This document shows, piece after piece, positions 47,654 to 56,936 of a stretch of 64,000 nt of DNA. Under the pieces are notes generated by a model that saw only the letters and a program-made list of their open reading frames with translations, was not told the DNA's origin and ran no database searches. Numbering within the stretch: position 1 is the stretch's first letter; each line of letters starts with the position of its first letter. Both the position numbers and the translations under genes were made by a program. The DNA is from Alphaproteobacteria bacterium (GTDB taxonomy: Bacteria; Pseudomonadota; Alphaproteobacteria; MPNO01), in contig CBDFLJ010000001.1 of assembly GCA_965248835.1 (NCBI GenBank), positions 1,416,820 through 1,480,819 on the forward strand. The letters run 5' to 3'.

Positions 47654-48220
47654 CTACAGCTCCGGCGAAGCGGTCCGGTCTTCGTCCGGCACGGGCGCCT
47701 CGATGTAGCCCGCCTTGTCGAGCGCATTCTGCAGGTCGTGGCGGGTGCACAGGCCAAGCGTGACCGGCTCGCGAGGCTTGATGTTGGCCATGTTCCAATG
47801 GGTGCGGTCGCGGATCGCCAGAATGGTCGGCTTGGTCGTGCCGATCAGCCGTGAGATCTGTCCGTCGCTCAGCCGCGGATAGTTGCGCACCAGCCAGGCG
47901 ATCGCGTCCGGCTTGTCCTGGCGCCGGGCGACCGGCGTGTAGCGCGGCCCCTTGGTGCGCGGCGCGGGCGGCGGGATGTTCTGCACCGCCATGTTCAGCC
48001 GCCCCGCTGGGTCGGCCGCACACCGGTCGATCTCCTCGCGGGTAAGCTGGCCGTTGGCGATCGGGTCGAACCCGACGATCCCGATCGCGACCTCCTCATC
48101 GGCGATGCTCTGGACCTCGAGCTCGTGGAGGTCGCAGAAGTCCGCGATCTGCTCGAAGGTCAAGACGGTATTTTCGATCAGCCACACCGCGGTGGCTTTG
48201 GGCATCAGTGGTCTGGCCAT
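47654..48220 (-). CDS. DUF1013 family protein (alphaproteobacterial conserved)
   Basis: The internal ATG gives MARPLMPKATAVWLIENTVLTFEQIADFCDLHELEVQ, the canonical DUF1013 N-terminus. Confidence 0.7.
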   Translation of the reverse strand: MARPLMPKATAVWLIENTVLTFEQIADFCDLHELEVQSIADEEVAIGIVGFDPIANGQLTREEIDRCAADPAGRLNMAVQNIPPPAPRTKGPRYTPVARRQDKPDAIAWLVRNYPRLSDGQISRLIGTTKPTILAIRDRTHWNMANIKPREPVTLGLCTRHDLQNALDKAGYIEAPVPDEDRTASPEL

Positions 48221-48251
48221 CAACTCTCCCCCAACCACGCCAGGCCGGCGT

Positions 48252-49229
48252 TCAGTTGGTCAATACGATTTTACCGATATGCTCGCTCGATTCCATCAAC
48301 GTGTGCGCCGATGCGGCCGCGTCAAGGGCGAAAGTCGTATGGATCAGCGGGCCGATCCGGCCCGATTCGATCACGGGCCAAACATGCTCGCGCACCGCAT
48401 CGGCAATGGCGCCCTTTTGCGCGACGGTCCGCGGCCGCAGCGTCGATCCGGTCACGATCAGGCGCTTGCGCATGACGGTGTCCAGCCGCAGCACCGCCTC
48501 CGCGCCCTGCATGACCGCAATCTGGACCAGGCGTCCTTCGGGCCTGAGCGCGGCGATGTTCCGGGCCAGGTAATCGCCGCCCACGATGTCGAGAATCACA
48601 TCGGCACCCGCGCCACCGGTCATCTCCTTGACCACTGCGACGAAGTCCTCGTCGCGGTAGTTGATCGCCCGCACCGCGCCCAAGGTCTCGCAAAGGCGGC
48701 ACTTCTCGGCGGTACGCGCGGTCGTCAGCACCCGGCCGCCGAACGCGGTGGCGAGCTGGATGCCCGCCGTGCCGATGCCGCCCGACCCGCCATGGATCAG
48801 GACCCACTCGCCGGCTTTCATCGCCCCGCCGTCGAACAGGTTGGTCCACATTGTGAAGAAGGTCTCGGGGATCGCCGCGGCCTCGACCATGGAGCGGCCG
48901 GCCGGCAGCGGCAGGCATTGCTGCTGCGGTGCCACGCAGAATTCGGCGTAGCCGCCGCCGGACACCAGGGCGCAGACCTCATCGCCCTGGGCAAGACCGT
49001 TCACGCCCGGACCCAGCCCCACGACGGTGCCGGCGATCTCGAGCCCGGGAATGTCGCTGGCGCCGGGCGGTGGTGGATAGAGGCCGTGCCGCTGCACGAC
49101 ATCGGGGTAGTTGACGCCGGCGGCAGCGACCCTGATCAGCACCTCGCCGTCTTCGGGCGCGGGCACGGCGCGCGCAGCAGGGCGCAGCACTTCCGGGCCA
49201 CCGAATTCGGTGATTTCGATCGCCGTCAT
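48252..49229 (-). CDS. qor: NAD(P)H:quinone oxidoreductase, zeta-crystallin/MDR family
   Basis: MTAIEITEFGGPEVL plus an NADPH-binding GxGxxG region (HGGSGGIGTAGIQLA). No Zn-ligand Cys pattern is present. Confidence 0.8.
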   Translation of the reverse strand: MTAIEITEFGGPEVLRPAARAVPAPEDGEVLIRVAAAGVNYPDVVQRHGLYPPPPGASDIPGLEIAGTVVGLGPGVNGLAQGDEVCALVSGGGYAEFCVAPQQQCLPLPAGRSMVEAAAIPETFFTMWTNLFDGGAMKAGEWVLIHGGSGGIGTAGIQLATAFGGRVLTTARTAEKCRLCETLGAVRAINYRDEDFVAVVKEMTGGAGADVILDIVGGDYLARNIAALRPEGRLVQIAVMQGAEAVLRLDTVMRKRLIVTGSTLRPRTVAQKGAIADAVREHVWPVIESGRIGPLIHTTFALDAAASAHTLMESSEHIGKIVLTN

Positions 49230-49354
49230 CGACGCGGGAACGGTTTCGCCCATCGCCTTCGGTGTTCGCCAATGGTTGGAGCAGGTTGCCTGTCTAAAGG
49301 CTGAGCGTCAGACTGGCAAGGTGGAATTCGGCCGACGAGCGGGAGATCCCGGCC

Positions 49355-49543
49355 ATGGAGGAAGATGATCTGCGGCCCCAGAAGGCCCCCGCCAAGCTGC
49401 GCAATCTCGACGATCTGTCGATCGAGGACCTCGAGGAATACATCGCCGAACTCGAAGCGGAGATTTCACGCGTCAGGCAGGACATCGCCAAGAAGAATCG
49501 GCACCGCGAAGGCGTCGAGGGGCTGTTCAAAGGCGATCGATGA
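49355..49543 (+). CDS. DUF1192 family small protein
   Basis: The segment LSIEDLEEYIAELEAEISRVRQDIAKK is typical of DUF1192 proteins. Confidence 0.65.
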   Translation: MEEDDLRPQKAPAKLRNLDDLSIEDLEEYIAELEAEISRVRQDIAKKNRHREGVEGLFKGDR

Positions 49544-49609
49544 ACCGGCTTCGCCCTCGGCGCATGTTCCAATCGGATCGAGTCGGTGCGGTTTGCACCC
49601 CTACCCGGC

Positions 49610-49834
49610 TCAGCCGATGCCGAGATTCTTGAAGCGCTTGTTGAACTTCGCGACCTGTCCGGCGCTGTCGACCAGACGCTGATGGCCCCCGGTCCAGGCC
49701 GGATGGGTCCGCGGGTCGATGTCGAGCTTCAGCGTGTCGCCGGGCTGTCCCCAGGTCGATCGGGTCGTATAGGTCGTCCCGTCCGTCATGACCACGGTGA
49801 TCTCGTGGTAGTCGGGGTGAGTGTCCTTTTTCAT
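49610..49834 (-). CDS. rpmE: 50S ribosomal protein L31 (non-zinc-ribbon type)
   Basis: The 74-aa translation from the internal ATG starts [27 protein letters not shown] and lacks a CxxC pair. The upstream ORF extension is Arg-rich noise. Confidence 0.9.
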   Translation of the reverse strand: MKKDTHPDYHEITVVMTDGTTYTTRSTWGQPGDTLKLDIDPRTHPAWTGGHQRLVDSAGQVAKFNKRFKNLGIG

Positions 49835-49950
49835 CGACCCGTCTCCGCTGCGGCCGGGCGTATATAGGCGACCGGCACGGCGCTGGCAAGCCTGGGCGAT
49901 ACACCTCGCGCGCCCGATGCTGTATGGATTGCACCGATCTGGGAGGTGCG

Positions 49951-51765
49951 ATGGGCCGGAGCCATCGAATCGATTGGGCGGATAGGCCGCGCGGCGCGAC
50001 CGGCGCGTTGCGCGGGATTCTGCCCTATTTGGCAGCCTACAGGCTGCGCATCGCGGGCGCGGCCTGCGCGCTGACCGTCGCCGCGGCAACGGTGCTGGTG
50101 CTGGGCCAGGGGTTGCGGGCGCTTGTCGATGACGGTTTCGGCGGCGGTGACGCCGCCCTGCTCGACCGAGCCCTGGTCGGGCTGTTCGCGATCATTGCGC
50201 TGCTGGCGGGTGCGACCTATGGGCGGTTCTACCTGGTCTCCTGGGTCGGCGAGAAGGTGGTCGCCGACATCCGGCGCGACGTCTACCGCCGCGTGCTCGC
50301 GCTCAGCCCCGCGTTCTTCGAGGTCACCAAGGTGGGCGAGATCCTGTCCCGGCTGACCACCGATACCGCCACTGTGCAGGTCGTCGTCGGCTCTTCGATC
50401 TCGATCGCACTGCGCAACGTGCTGCTGTTCGCCGGCGGCACCGTGATGCTGGTCGTCACCAGCCCGCGGCTGGCCGGGCTGGTGGTGCTGATCGTCCCCG
50501 TGGTGGTGGTCCCGATCGTCTTTTTCGGGCGCCGCGTGCGCCGGCTGTCACGGACGAGCCAGGACCGCATCGCCGACCTCTCGGCCCATGGCGAGGAGAC
50601 GTTGAACGCCATCCGCACCGTCCAGGCCTTCGGCCACGAGCCGGTCGACCGGCGCCGCTTCCAGGATCGGGTCGACGCGGCGCTTGCCGCGGCGCTTCGC
50701 CGCATCGCGGTGCGCGGCGCCCTGACCGCGTTCGTCGTGCTGACAGTGTTCAGCGCGATCGGGGTGATTCTGTGGATCGGCGGGCATGACGTGATGGCGG
50801 GCCGGCTGTCGGCCGGTGAGCTGTCGGCCTTCGTGTTCTATTCCGTCGTCGTCGCCGGGTCGGTCGGCGCGGTCAGCGAGGTTATCGGCGACATCCAGCG
50901 CGCGGCCGGCGCGACGGAGCGGCTGCTGGAACTGATCCGCGTCGAACCCGAGATTTCCGCCAAGCCCGACCCCGTAGCGCTGCCCGAGCCCGCCTCGGGG
51001 ACCATTGCGTTCGAGGCGGTGAGATTCAGCTATCCGGCGCGCCTCGACCTGCCGGCGCTCGCCGACATCGATCTTTCGGTCGCCGCGGGCGAACGGGTTG
51101 CCCTGGTCGGGCCGTCGGGCGCCGGCAAGTCGACCGTCTTTCAGCTCTTGCTTCGGTTCTACGACCCGCAGTCGGGATCGATCCGGATCGACGGGGTGGA
51201 CTTGCGTGATGCCGATCCGGGTCAAATCCGCGAGCGCATCGGTCTGGTCCCGCAGGACCCGTTCATCTTCTCCGCCGATGCCTGGGAGAATATCGGCTAC
51301 GGCCGGCCCGGGGCGAGCAAGGCGGATGTCCGCGCGGCCGCCGAGGCTGCGGCCGCGGCGGAGTTCCTCGATGCCCTGCCCGACGGGTTCGCGACGTTTC
51401 TGGGCGAGAAGGGCGTCCGGCTGTCCGGCGGGCAGCGCCAGCGCATCGCGATCGCGCGCGCGGTGCTGCGCGATCCCGCGATCCTGCTGCTGGATGAGGC
51501 GACCAGCGCGCTGGACTCCGAAAGCGAGCGGCTGGTCCAGCAAGCGCTGCGCCGGCTGATGGCCGGTCGCACCTCGGTGGTGATCGCCCACCGGCTGTCG
51601 ACCGTACAGGAGGCCGACCGGATCATCGTGCTCGACGGCGGGCGCATCCTGGCGACCGGCAGCCACGCAACCCTGATCGCGGAGGGCGGCCTCTATGCCC
51701 GGCTCGCCGCATTGCAGTTCGGCGGCCTCGGGGCGCCCGAGCCGTCCCGGCTCAGCGCTGTGTGA
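49951..51765 (+). CDS. ABC exporter, fused permease/ATPase (MsbA/ATM1-like)
   Basis: Six N-terminal TM helices are followed by Walker A (GPSGAGKST), signature ([14 protein letters not shown]) and Walker B ([12 protein letters not shown]). Translation is from the internal ATG. Confidence 0.85.
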   Translation: MGRSHRIDWADRPRGATGALRGILPYLAAYRLRIAGAACALTVAAATVLVLGQGLRALVDDGFGGGDAALLDRALVGLFAIIALLAGATYGRFYLVSWVGEKVVADIRRDVYRRVLALSPAFFEVTKVGEILSRLTTDTATVQVVVGSSISIALRNVLLFAGGTVMLVVTSPRLAGLVVLIVPVVVVPIVFFGRRVRRLSRTSQDRIADLSAHGEETLNAIRTVQAFGHEPVDRRRFQDRVDAALAAALRRIAVRGALTAFVVLTVFSAIGVILWIGGHDVMAGRLSAGELSAFVFYSVVVAGSVGAVSEVIGDIQRAAGATERLLELIRVEPEISAKPDPVALPEPASGTIAFEAVRFSYPARLDLPALADIDLSVAAGERVALVGPSGAGKSTVFQLLLRFYDPQSGSIRIDGVDLRDADPGQIRERIGLVPQDPFIFSADAWENIGYGRPGASKADVRAAAEAAAAAEFLDALPDGFATFLGEKGVRLSGGQRQRIAIARAVLRDPAILLLDEATSALDSESERLVQQALRRLMAGRTSVVIAHRLSTVQEADRIIVLDGGRILATGSHATLIAEGGLYARLAALQFGGLGAPEPSRLSAV

Positions 51766-53197
51766 GCTTGAACTCGATTCGGCGGTTGAGCCGGAAGGCC
51801 CGGACGGTGTTGCTCCGGTCCAACGGCTGAAACTCGCCGAACCCGGTCGCGGCCAGCCGGTTGGGCGGCAGGCCGAGTTCGATGAGCAACTTCACGACCG
51901 AGACCGCGCGCGCGGTCGACAGCTCCCAGTTCGATGGAAAGCTCGGAGTCGAGATCGGCAACCGGTCGGTATGCCCGTCCACGCGCAGCACCCAGTTGAG
52001 GTCTTTGGGGATGCGCCCGGACAGTTCGATCAGCGTCCGGGCGAGCTGGCTGATCTGGCTGCGCCCCGATTGCTGCAGCGTCGCGGTTCCCGAGGGGAAC
52101 AGGACCTCGGACTGGAAGACGAACCGGTCGCCCACGATGGTGATGTCCCGGCGGTTGCCGAGCGTCTGGCGCAGCCGGCCGAAGAACTCCGAGCGGAAGC
52201 TGGCGAGCTCCTGGACCTTTCTGGCCAACGCCGCGTTGAGGCGCTTCGACAGATTGACGATCTGAACGTTCTGCTGCTTCGACTCGGCCTCGGAGGCTTC
52301 GAGTGCCGCGGCGATAAGGGTGAGTTGCTGGCGCAGGGCCGCGATCTGGAGATTGAGCAGACGCACCTCGTCGCGCGCCTTCTCGGACAGGGCCTGTTCT
52401 TCGACCAGCGCGGTTTCGGTCTCGCCGGCGCGCCCGAGCAGCGCCGCCAGCCGGATGTCCTTCTCTTCGATGGTCTTCTGGGCGAGCAAGGTGCGTTCGC
52501 GTTCGGAGGCGAGCTCGGCAGCGAGCGCCTTCGATCGGTCGCGCAGCGCGCCCACCTCCTCGGCTCGGTCCTGAAGGCTTGCCGCCTGCGCGGCGACCTT
52601 CTGCTCCAGCGCCTTGCGCACCGCGCTCAGCGCCTCGATGTCGCGCTCCAGGCTGGCGATCCGGCGAAGCTGGAGCTCGATCCTGTCCTTGTCCGCGGCG
52701 ATCGTCTTGTAGGCGTCCTCGAGCTCCCTGGCGGTGGCGGCCGACGTCCTGCTGGCCTCTTCGACGGCCAGCTTGAGCGCGTCGCGCTCGGCCTCGCGCT
52801 TGGCCAGAAGGCTGGAGAACGTCTCCACCTCCTTGGCCCGCTCGCTCAGCATCGCCTGCAGCATGTCCCGTTCGGGCATCAGCTCGGCGAGCTGGCTCGA
52901 CAGCCGGTCGCGCTCGGCGGTCGTGGTCTCGAGCCGGATCGAAACCTGGGACAGCTTGTCCCTCAGATCGGTGTTTGTGGTCTGCTCGATCGACAGCATC
53001 TCGGCGAGCTGGTTGACTTGGCGGTTGAGCCGTTCGAGCGCCGCATCCCGCCCGCTCAGGATCTCGTTCAGCAAAAACTGTGCGATCGTGAAGACCATCA
53101 GGAGGAAGATGACGATGATCAGCAGCGCCGAGAGCGCGTCCACGAAGCCCGGCCAGATATCCGAACCGGCGCGTTGTCTTCGGCTGGCGGCAGGCAT
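51752..53197 (-). CDS. MotB/TolR-like stator-unit protein: N-terminal TM with conserved Asp, ~330-aa coiled coil, C-terminal OmpA/MotB peptidoglycan-binding domain
   Basis: The TM region is DIWPGFVDALSALLIIVIFLLMVF. A long heptad-rich E/A/R/L-rich region follows. The C-terminus is OmpA-like ([29 protein letters not shown]). Confidence 0.75.
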   Translation of the reverse strand: MPAASRRQRAGSDIWPGFVDALSALLIIVIFLLMVFTIAQFLLNEILSGRDAALERLNRQVNQLAEMLSIEQTTNTDLRDKLSQVSIRLETTTAERDRLSSQLAELMPERDMLQAMLSERAKEVETFSSLLAKREAERDALKLAVEEASRTSAATARELEDAYKTIAADKDRIELQLRRIASLERDIEALSAVRKALEQKVAAQAASLQDRAEEVGALRDRSKALAAELASERERTLLAQKTIEEKDIRLAALLGRAGETETALVEEQALSEKARDEVRLLNLQIAALRQQLTLIAAALEASEAESKQQNVQIVNLSKRLNAALARKVQELASFRSEFFGRLRQTLGNRRDITIVGDRFVFQSEVLFPSGTATLQQSGRSQISQLARTLIELSGRIPKDLNWVLRVDGHTDRLPISTPSFPSNWELSTARAVSVVKLLIELGLPPNRLAATGFGEFQPLDRSNTVRAFRLNRRIEFKLTQR

Positions 53198-53213
53198 CCG
53201 GGCTCGCCCCGAC

Positions 53214-54353
53214 CTAGCGGACCGATTTCTCGGCGATCGCGGCCAGGGTTCGCGACAGCACCCGGATCTCCGTGCGCAGCTCCTGGACCATCTCGGTCCG
53301 GCCGGTCGCGAGCTCTTCGTGCAGCCGGGTCATGTGCACGTCGATGTTGCGCACATGGGCGCGCAGGTTGTCGTCGTTCAGCCCGCCGCCCAGGACGCTA
53401 TCGGCAAGGCGCGACAGGACCGGCTTGAGCTCGACCTGGCTCTCGACGAGCTTCCTCATCAGCCCCTGCTCGGCGCGCATCTGGTCGGTCAGCGTCGACA
53501 GATTTTCCGACAACACGGTGATGCTGTTGTTAGCCGAGATCCGGCTTTCCTCGCCGCGGTCGAGCGTCCGCTGGAGATGCTCGAGGCTGTCGGCGGTCTG
53601 TTCGAGCAGCGCCTGGACATAGGCTGGCACGGACTGGTCGCCGTCGCTGGCCAGCGCACTGCTGGCGAGCTTGGTCTGGCCGGCCAGCCAATCCTCCAGA
53701 TCGTTGTAGAACCGGTTCTGCGCCTGGCCGGCCTGGAGCTCCAGGAAGCCCAGCACCAGAGAACCGGCGAGGCCGAACAGCGAGGAGCTGAAGGCGGTGC
53801 CCATGCCGACCAGCGGCTCGCGCAGGCCCCGCTTGAGATCGGTGAGCACCGAGCTCAGCTCGCCGCCGCCGACGGTGAGCCCCGAGATCACCGAGCCGAC
53901 CGACGTGATGGTCTGCAAAAGCCCCCAGAAGGTCCCCAGGAGGCCGAGGAATATCAGCAGCCCGATCATGTAGCGCAAGATGTCGCGCTGCTCGTCGAGG
54001 CGGGCCGAGATGCCGTCCAGCAGCGAGCGCAAGGCAAGCGCGGACAGGCTGAAGCGATGGTTTCGCTCGCCCAGCATCGTCGCCATCGGCGCCAGCAGGC
54101 GCGGGGCTGCCTGGACCGAGATCCCCGGCCGCCCGGTGCGGAAGTTCTCGATCCAGTTGACCTCGCGGCCCAGCATGAGGACCTGGCGGAACCCGTAGGC
54201 GATCCCCAACACCAGCACGCCGATGATCAGGCCGTTGAGCGCCGGGTTGGCGAAGAAAGCCCGCGCGAGGTCGTCGAACAGGACGGCAACGATCACCGCG
54301 ACCGCGATGACGAACAGCAGCATGCGGGTCAGGTAGTGTCTGGGGCTGGTCAT
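53214..54353 (-). CDS. MotA/TolQ/ExbB-family proton-channel protein with ~170-aa C-terminal soluble extension
   Basis: The internal ATG gives MTSPRHYLTRMLLFVIAVAVIV. There are four TM helices. TM3-TM4 carry channel-family motifs (LLIFLGLLGTFWGLL and PLVGMGTAFSSSLFGLAGSLVLGFL). The stop lies 16 nt before the MotB-like start. Confidence 0.7.
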   Translation of the reverse strand: MTSPRHYLTRMLLFVIAVAVIVAVLFDDLARAFFANPALNGLIIGVLVLGIAYGFRQVLMLGREVNWIENFRTGRPGISVQAAPRLLAPMATMLGERNHRFSLSALALRSLLDGISARLDEQRDILRYMIGLLIFLGLLGTFWGLLQTITSVGSVISGLTVGGGELSSVLTDLKRGLREPLVGMGTAFSSSLFGLAGSLVLGFLELQAGQAQNRFYNDLEDWLAGQTKLASSALASDGDQSVPAYVQALLEQTADSLEHLQRTLDRGEESRISANNSITVLSENLSTLTDQMRAEQGLMRKLVESQVELKPVLSRLADSVLGGGLNDDNLRAHVRNIDVHMTRLHEELATGRTEMVQELRTEIRVLSRTLAAIAEKSVR

Positions 54354-54438
54354 CGCGTCGTCGTCATTCCGGGGGCAGCCAAGTCTTGGTGGCGCAAGCT
54401 CCGCGCGGCCTTGCGCGCGCAGCAACGGGGTCGGTCGC

Positions 54439-55281
54439 TCAGCGTCTGGTCACTACAACGTCCACGCGGTCCGGCGGCCCGTCCTGGTAGCGACTGCCCA
54501 GGGCCCGGATATCGATCCGCGTGCTCCGCACACCCTTGTCGATCAGATAGGAGCGGACCGACAGCGCCCGCGTGAGGGACAGGCGACGCGATTCGCGGGC
54601 AGTGCTATCGCGCCCGCCGGCATAGGCCAGGAGCTGCAGCCGGAGGCGCCCGTCGGACTTGAGGCCGTCGACGACGCGGTCGAGAGTCCGGCCCGCCCGC
54701 GTGTCGAGCTTGGAGGTGTCCGAGGCGAACCCCAGCCGGTAATGGCTGCCCGCCCCGAAGATCCTGGAGTCTTCATGGCCGCGCTTTGGCGCCGGCGGCA
54801 CGGCGGCGGTGCGCATTGGCGCGGCCCTCGGCGCGCGCGCGTCCTGTTCGGGAGCCTCCCTTTTCCGGGCCGTGGCAGTCCCGAGGTCCGGGGGGGCGAC
54901 CGCCGTTCGGAGCGGGGGCGCCGCCGATGCGATTGCCGCCCGCGGCGGCGGCTCCAACGGTGGCGGTGATCCGTAGATGGTCGGTTTGGGCTTGGGTTGC
55001 GGCACGGCCGCGGCGCGGTCCGCGGGCGGCGCGGGCTTGCGCTTCGGCACCGGCGGCCCGGCCCGAGGCATGCTGCCGATAGGCGGCTTGACGCGCGGCG
55101 GCCGGATGGACGACGACCGGGTCGGGGCGTGCGGCGCCTGAGGGCGGACAGTGGTGCGGACATCGACCGGCGGCGCCGCGGCGACAGCCAGTGCCGCCCA
55201 CCACACCGTACCAGCCAACAGCCCGGCAGTTGCGGCCGACCGCATACCCAGGCTCCTACCCAGGCTCAAACGCAATGCCAT
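54439..55281 (-). CDS. secreted/anchored protein with ~150-aa Pro/Ala/Lys-rich spacer and degenerate C-terminal OmpA/Pal-like domain
   Basis: A signal/anchor (MALRLSLGRSLGMRSAATAGLLAGTVWWAALAVAAA) is followed by TonB/TolA-like PxP repeats (KPAPP, PQPKPKPT, PPPLEPPP). The C-terminus (LDTRAGRTLDRVVDGLKSDGRLRLQLLAYAGG...LSLTRALSVRSYLIDKGV..RIDIRALG) matches the OmpA_C pattern but lacks GHTD. Confidence 0.6.
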   Translation of the reverse strand: MALRLSLGRSLGMRSAATAGLLAGTVWWAALAVAAAPPVDVRTTVRPQAPHAPTRSSSIRPPRVKPPIGSMPRAGPPVPKRKPAPPADRAAAVPQPKPKPTIYGSPPPLEPPPRAAIASAAPPLRTAVAPPDLGTATARKREAPEQDARAPRAAPMRTAAVPPAPKRGHEDSRIFGAGSHYRLGFASDTSKLDTRAGRTLDRVVDGLKSDGRLRLQLLAYAGGRDSTARESRRLSLTRALSVRSYLIDKGVRSTRIDIRALGSRYQDGPPDRVDVVVTRR

Positions 55282-55416
55282 GGCGTTCCCTCTGGTCCCG
55301 CCGGGCAAGGCTCTGGCGGGCGATCGGCAGAAATCGGACAATACCGCAGGCCGTATCCCGTCACAATAATTTAGGACGCTGCGGGGCCTGCTTCCAGTCC
55401 TTGAAGCTCAAGACTT

Positions 55417-56232
55417 TCAGGCGGTTGGCGCGACTTCCGCGGACGCCAGCCCGGCGCGCAGCATCCGCAGGACCGGGGCGTGCAAGGGCTCGTTCGCGGC
55501 GACGATAGAGCCGCCATAGACCATTTTGTCCGCGCCGTCGATGTCGGTCGCAAACCCGCCCGCCTCGCGCACCAGGACGATTCCGGCGGCGACGTCCCAC
55601 GGCGACAGCCCGAACTCCCAGAACCCGTCATACCGGCCGGCGGCGACATAGGCGAGGTCGAGCGCCGCCGCGCCGAAGCGGCGGACCCCGGCAGTGCGCC
55701 CGAGCGTGATGTCGACGGTCGCAAGGAACGCATCCTTGCCCGGGGGGGCGCGGGAGGAAATGCCGGTGGCCAGCACCGCGTCCGCCAGATCGCGCCGGGA
55801 GGAGACGCGCAGACGGCGGCGGTTGAGATAGCAGCCCACCCCCTTTTCCGCCCAGAACATCTCGTCGCGCAACGGCTCGTAGACCACCCCGGCGGTCATT
55901 TCGCCGGCCTCCTCCAAAGCGATCGAGATCGCGAAGTGGGGGATCCCGTGCAGGAAGTTGGTCGTCCCGTCCAGCGGGTCGACGATCCAGCGCCGGTCCG
56001 GATCCTCACCCACGCGCGCGCCGGTCTCTTCCATCAGAAAGCCGAAGCCTGGCCGCGCCTTGTGCAGCTCGGCGTGCAGCATGCGCTCGGCCCGCCGGTC
56101 GGCTTCGGAGACGTAATCGGCCGGGCCCTTGCGCGAGACCTGCAGGTTCTCGACCTCACCGAAGTCGCGGATCAAACCCCGCGCGGCCTTGCGCGCGGCG
56201 GCCTCCATGACGTTGATTGTCGCAGACGGCAT
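55417..56232 (-). CDS. suhB: inositol monophosphatase family protein (SuhB-like)
   Basis: The Mg-site motifs FLMEETG, WIVDPLDGTTNF and a WDVAAG-type region are present. Confidence 0.8.
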   Translation of the reverse strand: MPSATINVMEAAARKAARGLIRDFGEVENLQVSRKGPADYVSEADRRAERMLHAELHKARPGFGFLMEETGARVGEDPDRRWIVDPLDGTTNFLHGIPHFAISIALEEAGEMTAGVVYEPLRDEMFWAEKGVGCYLNRRRLRVSSRRDLADAVLATGISSRAPPGKDAFLATVDITLGRTAGVRRFGAAALDLAYVAAGRYDGFWEFGLSPWDVAAGIVLVREAGGFATDIDGADKMVYGGSIVAANEPLHAPVLRMLRAGLASAEVAPTA

Positions 56233-56273
56233 TCAGAGAAGTCCGAAACGCCGGGCGCGCACCGCCCGGCGGC

Positions 56274-56840
56274 TCAATCCTTGGCGCGCTCGACGTAGGT
56301 GCCTTCGCCGGTATTGACCACAATCCGCGTGCCGGTCTCGATATGGGGCGGCACCATCACCCGCTCGCCGTTCTCCAGGATCGCGGGCTTGTAGGACGAG
56401 GACGCGGTCTGACCCTTGACCACGGGCTCGGCCTCGACAACCTCCATCACCACTTGGGCCGGAAGCCGGACGCTCACCGGGCTGCCCTCGATCAGATCGA
56501 TGGTCAGCGCCATACCGTCCTGAAGATAGGGTGCCGCGCTGCCCAGCATGTCGGCCGCGACGTCGAGCTGGTCATAGGTGTCAGCGTCCATCAAGGTCAC
56601 GGTATCCCCGTCGCGGTAGAGATAGGTGCAGGTCTTCTCGTCGACCATCAGCTTCTCGACCGATTCCTGGGTCCGGAACCGCTCGTTCGACTTGATGCCG
56701 GTCTTGACGTCGCGCATCTCGACCTGGACGAAGGCGCTGCCCTTGCCCGGCTGCAGGATCTGGATCTTGAGCACGCTCCACTGCTTACCGTCATGTTCGA
56801 TCACATGACCCGGACGGATCGTGTTCGCGTTTACCTTCAT
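56274..56840 (-). CDS. efp: elongation factor P
   Basis: The 188-aa C-terminal part of ORF 56274..58736 starts MKVNANTIRPGHVIEHDGKQW and contains the conserved KPGKGSAF loop with the modifiable Lys. The remainder of that ORF is antisense to the Rieske gene. Confidence 0.95.
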   Translation of the reverse strand: MKVNANTIRPGHVIEHDGKQWSVLKIQILQPGKGSAFVQVEMRDVKTGIKSNERFRTQESVEKLMVDEKTCTYLYRDGDTVTLMDADTYDQLDVAADMLGSAAPYLQDGMALTIDLIEGSPVSVRLPAQVVMEVVEAEPVVKGQTASSSYKPAILENGERVMVPPHIETGTRIVVNTGEGTYVERAKD

Positions 56841-56936
56841 TGCTGGTGCCGTGGTGCTCAGGATGGGCGGTCTCGCGGAACCTAGCGATTTTGCGACCGC
56901 TGCGCAACGCGACGAGCCGGCCCCGGATCCGTTAAG

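Noticed and set aside
51752-54353. Assignment of the MotA-like/MotB-like pair as a Zorya (ZorAB) anti-phage system
   Set aside because: In Zorya the long tail is on ZorA (the MotA-like subunit) and accessory ZorC/D or ZorE genes follow. Here the long helix is on the MotB-like subunit and no Zor accessory genes are present. I kept it as an unassigned stator-like system.
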